Below are positions 1 through 7,544 of a DNA stretch of 37,950 bases, piece by piece (position 1 is the first letter of the stretch; every line of letters starts with the position of its first letter). The position numbers were made by a program, and so were the translations under genes. Below the pieces are notes generated by a model. That model saw nothing but the letters and a program-made list of their open reading frames with translations, was not told the DNA's origin and ran no database searches. This stretch comes from Candidatus Diapherotrites archaeon CG10_big_fil_rev_8_21_14_0_10_31_34 (GTDB taxonomy: Archaea; Iainarchaeota; Iainarchaeia; Iainarchaeales; 1-14-0-10-31-34): positions 1 through 37,950 of the forward strand of contig PFAI01000028.1 in the NCBI GenBank assembly GCA_002763225.1. Direction: 5' to 3'.

Positions 1-51
1 CATAAAAGGAATAGCCTACAACATAGAGCACATAGATAAAACAATAAAAAT

Positions 52-69
52 CAGGTTAATTATAACCTG
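52..69. other. short inverted repeat (caggtta-atta-taacctg); possible hairpin or operator upstream of the plus-strand ORF
   Basis: 7-bp perfect arms and a 4-nt loop, read directly from the sequence. Function unknown. Confidence 0.3.
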
Positions 70-104
70 CTAAGGATTTCTACACCGCCTAGAAAACAGA
101 AAAG

Positions 105-113
105 CTTAAATAT
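105..113 (+). promoter_or_regulatory. candidate archaeal TATA box (cttaaatat) for ORF 135..356
   Basis: TTAAATAT-like box centred about 26 nt upstream of the ATG at 135, which implies a leaderless or near-leaderless mRNA. Confidence 0.35.
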
Positions 114-134
114 CTCTTTTTACATAATCTTTTA

Positions 135-356
135 ATGGAAAAAAATACATTAATTAGTTTAGTAATTGGATTAATAGTTTTTGCAATAGTGCTTTTTATT
201 ATAGCAGACAGTGCTTTTTGCACTGATATTTCAAAAGAAGCTTGTTTTAATTCAGTTTTGTTTCATCCAGTTTCAATAATTATGGCACTTATTATAGGGC
301 TAATTGTTTTTGTAATTGCCTATTTTGTTACTAAACGATTTAACTCTTCCAAGTAA
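135..356 (+). CDS. small hypothetical membrane protein (73 aa, two hydrophobic helices)
   Basis: ORF track. Hydrophobic segments LISLVIGLIVFAIVLFIIA and IIMALIIGLIVFVIAYFV. Only credible plus-strand gene in the window. No family recognised. Confidence 0.45.
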   Translation: MEKNTLISLVIGLIVFAIVLFIIADSAFCTDISKEACFNSVLFHPVSIIMALIIGLIVFVIAYFVTKRFNSSK

Positions 357-401
357 CTTGAATCTGATCAGTCCTTTGTTTTGGTAAAATTTTGCTGTCT
401 T

Positions 402-1520
402 TTATTTTAGTCCTTTTTCAGAATATAAATATGTAGTTTGACTTTTGTCAACATTAATCAAATTTTCTTTCTCTAATTGTTTTAAATAATGTGAAATTAC
501 ACGCTTTTTTTTATTTAATCTATCTGCAAAGTCTTTAGCAGTGCTTTTTTTGTTAAGTTTTTTTAATTTGTTCAAATAATATTTTTTGGCAGTATTTCTT
601 ATTACTTGCTTTTTTTTGTAAGTTAATAATATTTTCTTAAATTTGTTCTTCTTATTCTGGTGATTCAAATTAAAGCTCAATTCTTTCAATTTCTTAAACT
701 TTTGATAACTGGTAATAGTTAATTGGGTTATTTGTTTGCCTTTATTAATTGATGCTGAGATTCCAACTTTTTTGAGAAGCTTTTTCCATTCTAATAAATA
801 TTTTTCATTTTGCATTCTCACTCTTATCCTTCTGTTAAGTTTATATTGATTAATGCTTCCTTCGCAATCAACAACGACTCCAAAAACAGGCGCGATAATT
901 TCTTTTGGTGTTGTTTTTAAATACTCATTAATTTCTATTGTAAGTGAATTTGTTTTTTCTTCCAAAATTTCTCTTAAAAAAGTAGTAAAACATTTGTTGG
1001 AAGCTCTGAGTGTGCAATAAACAAAGCTATTAGAATTACTAATTTTGAACTCATTTTGAGTTATTGTCGTGTTAATGTTAATTTTTTGATCGCCATATTT
1101 TAAAGAATACTTTGAAGATTCAAAGTTACTCCAAAATGAAATCCTGTCTAATTCATTTGAAAAACCATTCCTGCCAAAATGGAATTTTTTTGTTTTATTA
1201 TTTTCATATGATTCTATTTTATTTTTTTCATTCCATTCTTTTGGAATTTTAATTCTTATGTTTAATAATTTTGATGTTTTGATTCCCTGTTCTTCTAGTA
1301 AAGATTCAAATAATTTTATTAGTTCTGGTGTTTTGCTAGTAATTGAAATGCGTCCTTTTTTGTTTCACCACCCTTCAACTTTTAAAGCTTCTACAAGCAT
1401 TGCTAGTTCTAAATAGTATTCACTGCGTTTTAATAGAAATGAATTTTTAGCATGTTTAGTTTTTACTAAAATTTTGTTTTTATCATTTGTAATTTGGAAT
1501 GTTTCATTATCAATAAGCAT
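402..1520 (-). pseudogene. double LAGLIDADG-like endonuclease fold with C-terminal winged-helix-like tail, interrupted by one in-frame TGA (1365..1367)
   Basis: Manual translation of 966..1520 is in frame with ORF 402..965 (whose listed start is only a TTG) and has a single stop at codon 52. Two repeated units were found: LVEALKVEGW*NKKGRISITSKTPELIKLFESLLEEQGIK and VFGVVVDCEGSINQYKLNRRIRVRMQNEKYLLEWKKLLKKVGIS. The second resembles the LAGFFDAEGS-type LAGLIDADG motif. The C-terminus ISHYLKQLEKENLINV looks like wHTH. A TATA-like tttaaaaaaaag sits about 35 nt upstream of the ATG at 1520. Confidence 0.5.
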
Positions 1521-1580
1521 ACTTAAAATAGATTTCTCTTTTTTTTAAATGAAAACGAAACGCCAAGTTGCTGGTGATGT

Positions 1581-2561
1581 TCATGTCCAAGTAATCTGAA
1601 TTTGATCTGTACGTTCCTTTGGTCTTATCTGACTTTCTGATAGTTTTGTTGTAATTCCATTTTTGAACATTAAAAGTCCTAGCCAGCTGATTTGTGTGCC
1701 ATTATCCACGCAGACTTCTCTTGGAGGAACAAAAAATTTTGCTTTTCTTTGTTTGCACATTTCTTTCATCATTTTTCTTAATGCATTGCTTGAAGCAACT
1801 CCTCCGGTCAAAAGCAGTTCTTTTTTTCCTGTGTGCGCCATTGCCCTTTCAGAAACCTCTGTCAGCATTGAAAAAGCAGTATGCATTAAACTATACACTA
1901 AATCTTTTTCGTTTTCTTTTTTGATTTTTTGTTTTCCTGCTGTAAGCAGGCCGGAAAAAGCCAAGTCCATTCCTTTAACAGTATAAGGCAGTTCAATAAA
2001 TTTTTTTCCAGTAAAATACATTTCATCCATTTTTGGGCCGGCAGGAAATCCCAGATGTATTTCTCTTCCAAAAACATCCAAAAAATTTCCTATTCCAATA
2101 TCAATTGTTTCCCCGAAAACCCTGTATCTTCCTTGTTCTAAACCAATAATCTGTGTATTGGCGCCGGAAGCATAACAAGTAATTGGATCTTTTGCTTTTG
2201 TAAGTTTCCTGCCGATTTCAATGTGTGCAATGCAATGATTTACCCCAACCAAAGGCTTGTTATGTATAAGAGAAAGAGTTCTTGCTGTTACTGCTCCTAC
2301 TCTCAAACAATTTCCTAATCCAGGTCCTTGAGAGAACGCAACCAAATCAATTTCTTTCCATGAAACATCTGCTTTTTCAAGTGCATTCTGAATTACTTTT
2401 TTTGCATTTTTATAATGAAAGTCTGCTGCTTCTCTTGGATGAATTCCAACAGAATCTTTTTTAACATAAGAAATTTTTTCGTTTGCAAGAATTTTGCATT
2501 TTTCGTTTACTATTCCTATCCCGAAAGTATGTGCAGTTGACTCAATTCCTAAACAAATCAT
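1581..2561 (-). CDS. kae1: tRNA N6-adenosine threonylcarbamoyltransferase Kae1 (t6A synthesis)
   Basis: MICLGIESTAHTFGIGIV N-terminus, VNHCIAHIE metal-site region and LTGGVASSN are typical of Kae1/TsaD. Ends with a TGA stop. Confidence 0.93.
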   Translation of the reverse strand: MICLGIESTAHTFGIGIVNEKCKILANEKISYVKKDSVGIHPREAADFHYKNAKKVIQNALEKADVSWKEIDLVAFSQGPGLGNCLRVGAVTARTLSLIHNKPLVGVNHCIAHIEIGRKLTKAKDPITCYASGANTQIIGLEQGRYRVFGETIDIGIGNFLDVFGREIHLGFPAGPKMDEMYFTGKKFIELPYTVKGMDLAFSGLLTAGKQKIKKENEKDLVYSLMHTAFSMLTEVSERAMAHTGKKELLLTGGVASSNALRKMMKEMCKQRKAKFFVPPREVCVDNGTQISWLGLLMFKNGITTKLSESQIRPKERTDQIQITWT

Positions 2562-3172
2562 TTTTTCGCCATCTTTTTGATGAAACTTTTTCTAAAAGTT
2601 TCTATTTCTTTTAAAGTTGTTTTTCCTTTTCTCACAATCTTTTTTTCTTGAACATCATAAATCGTGCTTGGTTCATTTTCTGCAAGAGTTTTTGCATCAA
2701 AAATAAAGTCAACTTTTTTTCCAAGTATTTTGACTGCTTCTTTAAAAGAATAAATTGGTTTTTTTCCTGAAAGGTTTGCGCTGGTTGAAATTATTGGTTC
2801 GCCTATTGTTTCAACAATTGAGTTTGCAATTTCATTTGAACTAATCCTTAAAGCAATTGTTTTTTCGCTTACTTCTTTTGGAATTAATTCTGTCCCTCTT
2901 GTTTTTTTCGGTACAATCAAAGTTAAATTCCCTTTAAATTCTTCAAGCAGTTTTTCTGCTTCAGGATTTATTTCAGCAAATTTTTGGGCCATTTCTTTTG
3001 AAGAAACAAGAATTACAAATGGTTTTTTTCTGTCTTGTTTTATTTCCCTGATTCTTTTAATTGATTTAATATCACTTATTTTACAGCCTATTCCATAACT
3101 TGTTTCTGTGGGATAAACTATTACCCCGTTTTTTTTCAGCACAAATACTGCTGTTTTTATTCCAACATTCAT
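2558..3172 (-). CDS. sua5: threonylcarbamoyl-AMP synthase, short YrdC-only form (Sua5/TsaC)
   Basis: YrdC-domain motifs VIVYPTETSYGIGC and ISTSANLSGK. 4-nt overlap with the kae1 start. Confidence 0.9.
   Translation of the reverse strand: MNVGIKTAVFVLKKNGVIVYPTETSYGIGCKISDIKSIKRIREIKQDRKKPFVILVSSKEMAQKFAEINPEAEKLLEEFKGNLTLIVPKKTRGTELIPKEVSEKTIALRISSNEIANSIVETIGEPIISTSANLSGKKPIYSFKEAVKILGKKVDFIFDAKTLAENEPSTIYDVQEKKIVRKGKTTLKEIETFRKSFIKKMAKK
2574..2602 (-). repeat. AT-rich palindromic motif copy (tttttgatgaaactttttctaaaagtttc), inside the sua5 3' end
   Basis: Matches the window-wide consensus TTTTGATnAAACTTTTTnTAAAAGTTT. Lies 13-41 nt upstream of the kae1 start. Translated as ETFRKSFIKK in Sua5. 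Confidence 0.7.
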
Positions 3173-3735
3173 TAAATCACCAGAATCAGGCTGACTGCAT
3201 TAAACGCCATGTGCCCTAAAATTACTGGAATCAAATTATTGGTTTTTTTAAAATAATAAGCTAAAAACAATCCTGCAATAAATGCTCCTATTATCTCAAT
3301 TATCGAACCATACATAAAATGGGCTAACCCAAAAATAATTGAAGAACCAAAAATGCCGATTTTTGTTACTAAAAATCCTCTGAAAAAAATTTCTTCTGCA
3401 AAAACCCTTACAACTAAATAGTATAACATTAGAAAAGGGCTTACTTCAACTATTGTTTTGACTGTTTCATTTACCTTATCTAAATCATTTACTTGAATTA
3501 AACTGCTTGCAATTGATATGGCAAACATTATTGCAATCAATCCGGCTAAAATTTGAATTGAGTTTTTTGTCAGTTCTTTTTTGTCTATTTTTTTGATTCC
3601 CAGTTCTTCAAAAGATTTTTTTATTGAATGATTTTTGAAGTAATAATAAATTAATGGAAAGAGAATCAGAATTAAATCCAGTGAAATTATTTGCATTATT
3701 TTTTGGATTATTTTTGTTCCCCTTTGTCTTTCCAT
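3172..3735 (-). CDS. CPBP family intramembrane metalloprotease (CAAX protease-like)
   Basis: Motifs [15 protein letters not shown] and GHMAFN, plus several TM helices. The start may instead be the internal Met at 3696, which would remove the 28-nt overlap with rps27ae. Confidence 0.85.
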   Translation of the reverse strand: MERQRGTKIIQKIMQIISLDLILILFPLIYYYFKNHSIKKSFEELGIKKIDKKELTKNSIQILAGLIAIMFAISIASSLIQVNDLDKVNETVKTIVEVSPFLMLYYLVVRVFAEEIFFRGFLVTKIGIFGSSIIFGLAHFMYGSIIEIIGAFIAGLFLAYYFKKTNNLIPVILGHMAFNAVSLILVI

Positions 3736-3905
3736 TCAGTGTAAGAACAGTTTCCACAAGAATACCTGTTTTTGTGTTCAGCTAAAAATACCCCTGAACC
3801 ACATTTAGGGCAGAACTTGCTTTTTCTTTTTAGTTCTCCGCCTTTTACTTCATATTTTTCTGATTTCTTTGAATTTGGGTGTTTTTTTCTAACTTTTTTT
3901 GTCAT
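3708..3905 (-). CDS. rps27ae: ribosomal protein S27ae (eS31)
   Basis: Zinc ribbon [31 protein letters not shown] lies 6 nt upstream of the ATG. Confidence 0.88.
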   Translation of the reverse strand: MTKKVRKKHPNSKKSEKYEVKGGELKRKSKFCPKCGSGVFLAEHKNRYSCGNCSYTEWKDKGEQK

Positions 3906-3918
3906 TTATTTCACCTTG

Positions 3919-4006
3919 TTTTTTTGATGCAGCTTTTTTCTAAAAAGTTGCTTTTGATTAAACTTTTCCTAAAAGTTTTTTTTGTTAAACCTTTTTTTAA
4001 AAGTTT
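3919..4006 (-). repeat. three tandem copies of the AT-rich palindromic motif (3919..3951, 3952..3978, 3981..4006)
   Basis: tttttttgatgcagcttttttctaaaaagttgc / ttttgattaaacttttcctaaaagttt / tttgttaaacctttttttaaaagttt, read directly from the sequence. Located just upstream of the rps27ae SD. Confidence 0.7.
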
Positions 4007-4024
4007 TTTGCAGTGCTATCGCAG

Positions 4025-4118
4025 ACCCGCTTTCGTGCGGGTGTAACGGTGCACCACTTTCAGTGGTGCTAGCCCCGTGCAAAGCACGGTGCCTCGTACT
4101 CAACTGCTGAAACAGTTG
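4025..4118 (-). ncRNA. GC-rich four-hairpin structured element, copy A (unclassified; small RNA or structured leader/trailer)
   Basis: Plus-strand hairpins: acccgc/gcgggt (4025-4042), gcaccact/agtggtgc (4051-4069), ccgtgc/gcacgg (4075-4089), caactg/cagttg (4101-4118). GC-rich island in AT-rich DNA. Near-identical to 10665..10758. Strand assignment is tentative. Confidence 0.55.
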
Positions 4119-4146
4119 TTTTGATTAAACTTTTTTTAAAAGTTTA
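4119..4146 (-). repeat. AT-rich palindromic motif copy (ttttgattaaactttttttaaaagttta)
   Basis: Identical to 10759..10786. Lies between the rps24e stop and the GC-rich element. Confidence 0.75.
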
Positions 4147-4152
4147 CTCACC

Positions 4153-4515
4153 TTACTTTTTTTTCTTTTTACTTTCAAGTTTCTTTTTTTCTTTTGCTGC
4201 TTTTTTTGATTCTTTTGTTTTTTTTATTCTTTCTTTGTCTCCAGCAAAATTTCTTCCCAGAACATAATCTAATTCAACTTCTTTCATTTTTTCTTTGTCT
4301 TTGTATGTTCTTGCTTTTCCTGTGCAATACTTTTCTCCAAAATTTTGCTTTATTTCTGTTATTACTGTTGAATCAGAGTTTGATTCAGTTAAAGCTGAAA
4401 TTTTTTCTTTTAAGTCTGTTATTTTTGGTGTTGAATTAATTTCTGTTACTTTAAAGTCTATTTCTTCTCTTGAAAGTAATGGATTGCTTTTTTTGTTGGT
4501 TATTTCTACTTTCAT
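4153..4515 (-). CDS. rps24e: ribosomal protein S24e (eS24) with Lys-rich C-terminal tail
   Basis: The N-terminus MKVEITNKKSNPLLSREEIDFKV is typical of S24e. Confidence 0.9.
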   Translation of the reverse strand: MKVEITNKKSNPLLSREEIDFKVTEINSTPKITDLKEKISALTESNSDSTVITEIKQNFGEKYCTGKARTYKDKEKMKEVELDYVLGRNFAGDKERIKKTKESKKAAKEKKKLESKKKKK

Positions 4516-4536
4516 TGTGATTCCTCCGGTTTCTTT

Positions 4537-4731
4537 TTATCTGCTTAATCTTAATGCGTGTTTTCCTGTGGTTGTAATTCCCATTTTTTTTGCTATCTCT
4601 GATTTTTCCGGGTCAGTTATTACTACATAGCCTCTCCAGAAAGTAGTAAAGCTGTTGCTTCCACAGTTAGGACATTTGTCTCCTTCTTCTATTACCCTTC
4701 TGCATTCTCTGCATGCTTTTCCTTTACTCAT
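4537..4731 (-). CDS. spt4: transcription elongation factor Spt4 (RpoE'')
   Basis: Zinc ribbon CRECRRV..CPNCGS followed by FWRGYVVITDPEKSEIA. Conserved position after rpoE'. Confidence 0.9.
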   Translation of the reverse strand: MSKGKACRECRRVIEEGDKCPNCGSNSFTTFWRGYVVITDPEKSEIAKKMGITTTGKHALRLSR

Positions 4732-4749
4732 TTATTCTCCAACTCCATT

Positions 4750-4779
4750 TTTTTTGATTAAACTTTTTTTAAAAGTTTA
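4750..4779 (-). repeat. AT-rich palindromic motif copy (ttttttgattaaactttttttaaaagttta) overlapping the rpoE' stop
   Basis: Encodes the last residues KLLKKV-stop of RpoE'. Lies 19-48 nt upstream of the spt4 start. Confidence 0.75.
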
Positions 4780-5399
4780 TTTTTCTGGGTTTTTTTTTCA
4801 ATTTCTTTTTTTTCTACTTTTGGTGTGTTTTCTTTTCCTTTCTTTATTTTTTCTTTTCTTTTTAAGTCTATTGCAAGCCATTCCTCTTTTCCTAATCCTG
4901 GCTGTCTCATTGTTAAACCTAATTTTGAATTTGGGATATTCCCTTTTAGACTGCAGGTTACAATTCTTGCTATTACTTGGTCTTCTAAACCCAGTTTTTT
5001 GTTTGTTTCTTTTCCAATAAACCCTGGGCCTTTTGCATCATAATTAATATAATCATTCATTATCTGGCTTACATGAATTAATCCTTCTATTGGTCCTGTT
5101 CTGACAAATGCCCCGAATTCAGTTATTTCTGTTATTGTTCCTTCAACTATTTCTTTTGGTTCTGGTTTGTAAACTAATGCCTTATATTCTGATTCATAGT
5201 AGGCTGATCCGTCCCCTGGAATTACTTTTCCTTCTCCTACTTTGTCTACTTCTAATACGGCAACAATTACTCCGACACTTTCATCTACTATTCCTTCATA
5301 TTCCTCTTTTACTATTTTTAAAATTGATTCTTCCAGTTTTCCTCCAAAGTCTTTTGGCGGGACCCTTACAGTGTCTTTCATTGAAATTATTGCATACAT
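4758..5399 (-). CDS. rpoE: DNA-directed RNA polymerase subunit E' (Rpo7) with Lys-rich C-terminal tail
   Basis: Rpb7-like N-terminus MYAIISMKDTVRVPP plus an S1 domain GTITEITEFGAFVRTGPIEGLIHVSQI. Confidence 0.92.
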   Translation of the reverse strand: MYAIISMKDTVRVPPKDFGGKLEESILKIVKEEYEGIVDESVGVIVAVLEVDKVGEGKVIPGDGSAYYESEYKALVYKPEPKEIVEGTITEITEFGAFVRTGPIEGLIHVSQIMNDYINYDAKGPGFIGKETNKKLGLEDQVIARIVTCSLKGNIPNSKLGLTMRQPGLGKEEWLAIDLKRKEKIKKGKENTPKVEKKEIEKKTQKNKLLKKV

Positions 5400-5415
5400 T
5401 TTGTTTCCTCCTTAT

Positions 5416-5802
5416 TTATTCAACAACAATAACCTTTTTTTGTCTTACGAATGCGGTTTTAAAACCTTTCTTTTTTATTGCTCTTCTTAACTCTTTATCA
5501 TTGGTTGCTATAATAAAACCTTGTTCTGCTAATTCCTTCATTTTTTTATCTGCTTCCTGGTTTTCTCCTTTAATTATTTTGCATTTTTTTTTAATCATTA
5601 TTTCTGCTATTAAAACATTTTTTGCTTTTGTTTTGTTTTCTTTTTTTAGTTTTTCCATTTCATGTAATACTTCTGTTGGAACAAAAAATTCTGTTTTTCC
5701 CAAAAATTTTTCTATTTCCTCAAAAACATCTAGTTTTAGTTCTCCTATTGCTAAAAGCATGTTTGTATCTAACACTACTTTATTGAATTTCTCCATAAGC
5801 AA
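5416..5802 (-). CDS. PIN-domain nuclease, Fcf1/Utp24-like
   Basis: N-terminal acidic PIN motif VVLDTNML and later ATNDKELR. Sits in the conserved archaeal slot between aIF2gamma and rpoE'. Confidence 0.75.
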   Translation of the reverse strand: MLMEKFNKVVLDTNMLLAIGELKLDVFEEIEKFLGKTEFFVPTEVLHEMEKLKKENKTKAKNVLIAEIMIKKKCKIIKGENQEADKKMKELAEQGFIIATNDKELRRAIKKKGFKTAFVRQKKVIVVE

Positions 5803-6985
5803 TTAATCTCCATCTTGTTGCATCTTTTATGCTTACTGCAATTCTTTGTCCTTTGTCTACTGAAATTGGAACTTTAAGCGTAACGTCAATTAAATCTTTT
5901 TTTAGTGAAACAATGGTTCCAATTGTTGTTGCTGTTCCGGCACTTAATACAATTATTTCTCCTTGTTTTACTTCGTTTTTTTTGTCTGTTATTTCTCTTT
6001 TAAAGTAATTTAATTTCATTTTTATTTCTGAAACAGGATCTGAAACTGTTCCTATTTTTCCCAGTACATTTCCTTTCATTTGATCGTTTTTTGTTAAATT
6101 TGGATCAATTAAAGTTTTAACTGAAATTAATCCGCCTGGAACTGCTTTTTTTATGGTTCCTCCGGCAGTGCTTAATTCAACTACTTTTATTTTTGTTTTT
6201 TTATTGTTTATTCCAGGGCTTAACTCCAGTTCATCTCCTTCTTCTATTTTTCCCTGAAGTATTGTTCCGCCTAAAACCCCTCCAACTATTTCTTTTGGTT
6301 TTGCGCCTGGTTTGTTAATGTCAAAACTTCTTGCAATAAACATTTTTACTGGTTTTTTTTCATCTACTTTTGGGGAAGGAATATTTTTTTCTATTGCTTC
6401 AATCAATAAATCCATGTTTGTTCCGAAATGTGCGGCAGTTGGAATTATTTCAACTTTTTCGTATTCAAATTCTTTCAGGAAATTTTTTATTTGCTTGTAA
6501 TTTTCTTCTGCTTTTTTTTTGTCAACTAAATCTATTTTGTTTTGTGCTACAACAATGTTTTTTATTCCGCTGATTTTTAATGCCATTAAATGTTCTTTTG
6601 TTCTTGGTTGAGGGCAGAATTCATTTGCGGCTATTACTAGTATTGCTCCATGCATTAATGCTGCTCCTGAAAGCATTGTAGTCATTAGGGTTTCGTGTCC
6701 TGGCGCATCAACAAAACTTACTTTTCTTAATTTTTTTCCTTTTTTTTCGCAGTTAGGGCACTTTTCTTTTGTAGAAAAAGCTTCTGCTCCTTTGCAGTCA
6801 GGACACTTATAAAATACTGTGTCTGCATAACCTAATCTGATTGAAATTCCTCTTTTTAGTTCTTCTGAATGAGTGTCAGTCCATTTTCCGCTTAATGCCT
6901 GGGTTATGGAAGTTTTTCCATGGTCAACATGGCCTATTAAGCCAATGTTAACTTCTGCTTGTTCTGCTTCTTTTTTCATTTTCAT
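5780..6985 (-). CDS. eif2g: translation initiation factor aIF2 gamma subunit
   Basis: GTPase motifs GHVDHGKTS, DAPGHE and NKIDL. Zinc knuckle CPDC..CPNC. Confidence 0.95.
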   Translation of the reverse strand: MKMKKEAEQAEVNIGLIGHVDHGKTSITQALSGKWTDTHSEELKRGISIRLGYADTVFYKCPDCKGAEAFSTKEKCPNCEKKGKKLRKVSFVDAPGHETLMTTMLSGAALMHGAILVIAANEFCPQPRTKEHLMALKISGIKNIVVAQNKIDLVDKKKAEENYKQIKNFLKEFEYEKVEIIPTAAHFGTNMDLLIEAIEKNIPSPKVDEKKPVKMFIARSFDINKPGAKPKEIVGGVLGGTILQGKIEEGDELELSPGINNKKTKIKVVELSTAGGTIKKAVPGGLISVKTLIDPNLTKNDQMKGNVLGKIGTVSDPVSEIKMKLNYFKREITDKKNEVKQGEIIVLSAGTATTIGTIVSLKKDLIDVTLKVPISVDKGQRIAVSIKDATRWRLIAYGEIQ

Positions 6986-6991
6986 CTTCTC

Positions 6992-7046
6992 GTTTTTTGC
7001 AGTACGGGCTTGTCCCGTACCTCGTATTCAACTGCCGAAACAGTTG
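6992..7046 (-). ncRNA. short modular variant of the GC-rich structured element
   Basis: Shares ttttttgcagt and cctcgtaYtcaactgcYgaaacagttg with copy A, but carries a single different GC hairpin (gtacggg/cccgtac, 7002-7020). Fills the whole rps6e-aIF2gamma spacer. Confidence 0.5.
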
Positions 7047-7544
7047 TTAAGCTTTCTTAATTTTTCCTTTTGCTGTTTTTGCATCTCCTGCCAGTTCCAC
7101 ATTACCTACATTTTCCAGTGAATCTTTAACCAGTTTTTCTTTTGCGCTAATTTTTTCTTCTTTTTTGTCTTCTGTGATTTCTTTCCCAAATATTTCTTCT
7201 AGTTTTTTTGTTCCTTGTTTTGTTATAACCAAATTAACTTGTTCTGTTTCTTCACTAATAGTGTTTCCTCTTACACTGACTCTTTTTCTTTCTCCTTTTC
7301 GTTTTGGATGAAAGCCAATGCCACCTTTAATGAAAATTTTTTTTCTTGCGATTCCAGGAATATCTGTTCTCATTGGAAATCCTTGTTTGTCGCTGCCTCC
7401 GCTGATTTTTGCTTCATATCCTTCTAATCCAATGGAATCCAGTTTTACTTGTTCTCCTATTTTTTTGTTTAATAATAATGCTGTTGTTTCAACTTTTTTT
7501 CCAAAAGCTTTTCTGGTTTTTGGATCACTTAATACTATGTTCAT
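7047..7544 (-). CDS. rps6e: ribosomal protein S6e (eS6)
   Basis: MNIVLSDPKTRKAF and GGSDKQGFPM motifs. Confidence 0.92.
   Translation of the reverse strand: MNIVLSDPKTRKAFGKKVETTALLLNKKIGEQVKLDSIGLEGYEAKISGGSDKQGFPMRTDIPGIARKKIFIKGGIGFHPKRKGERKRVSVRGNTISEETEQVNLVITKQGTKKLEEIFGKEITEDKKEEKISAKEKLVKDSLENVGNVELAGDAKTAKGKIKKA

Noticed and set aside
1365-1367. Genome-wide UGA reassignment as the explanation for the in-frame TGA
   Set aside because: kae1 (1581..1583), rpl13 (17915..17917) and rpl5 (28508..28510) all terminate at TGA at their expected ends. UGA is therefore an ordinary stop codon here. Only local readthrough or a pseudogene remains plausible.
4092-4100. The linker AGUACGAGG of the GC-rich element resembles the sarcin-ricin loop core AGUACGAGAGGA of 23S rRNA
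   Set aside because: Only 9 nt match, and the GAGA tetraloop and flanking stem of the SRL are missing. This is too short to distinguish from chance.
3919-4146. Possible mini-CRISPR array, because of regularly spaced ~28-30 nt repeats
   Set aside because: The repeats abut directly with no unique spacers and are degenerate and AT-rich. The same motif is dispersed singly across the window, including inside genes. No cas genes or leader are present.
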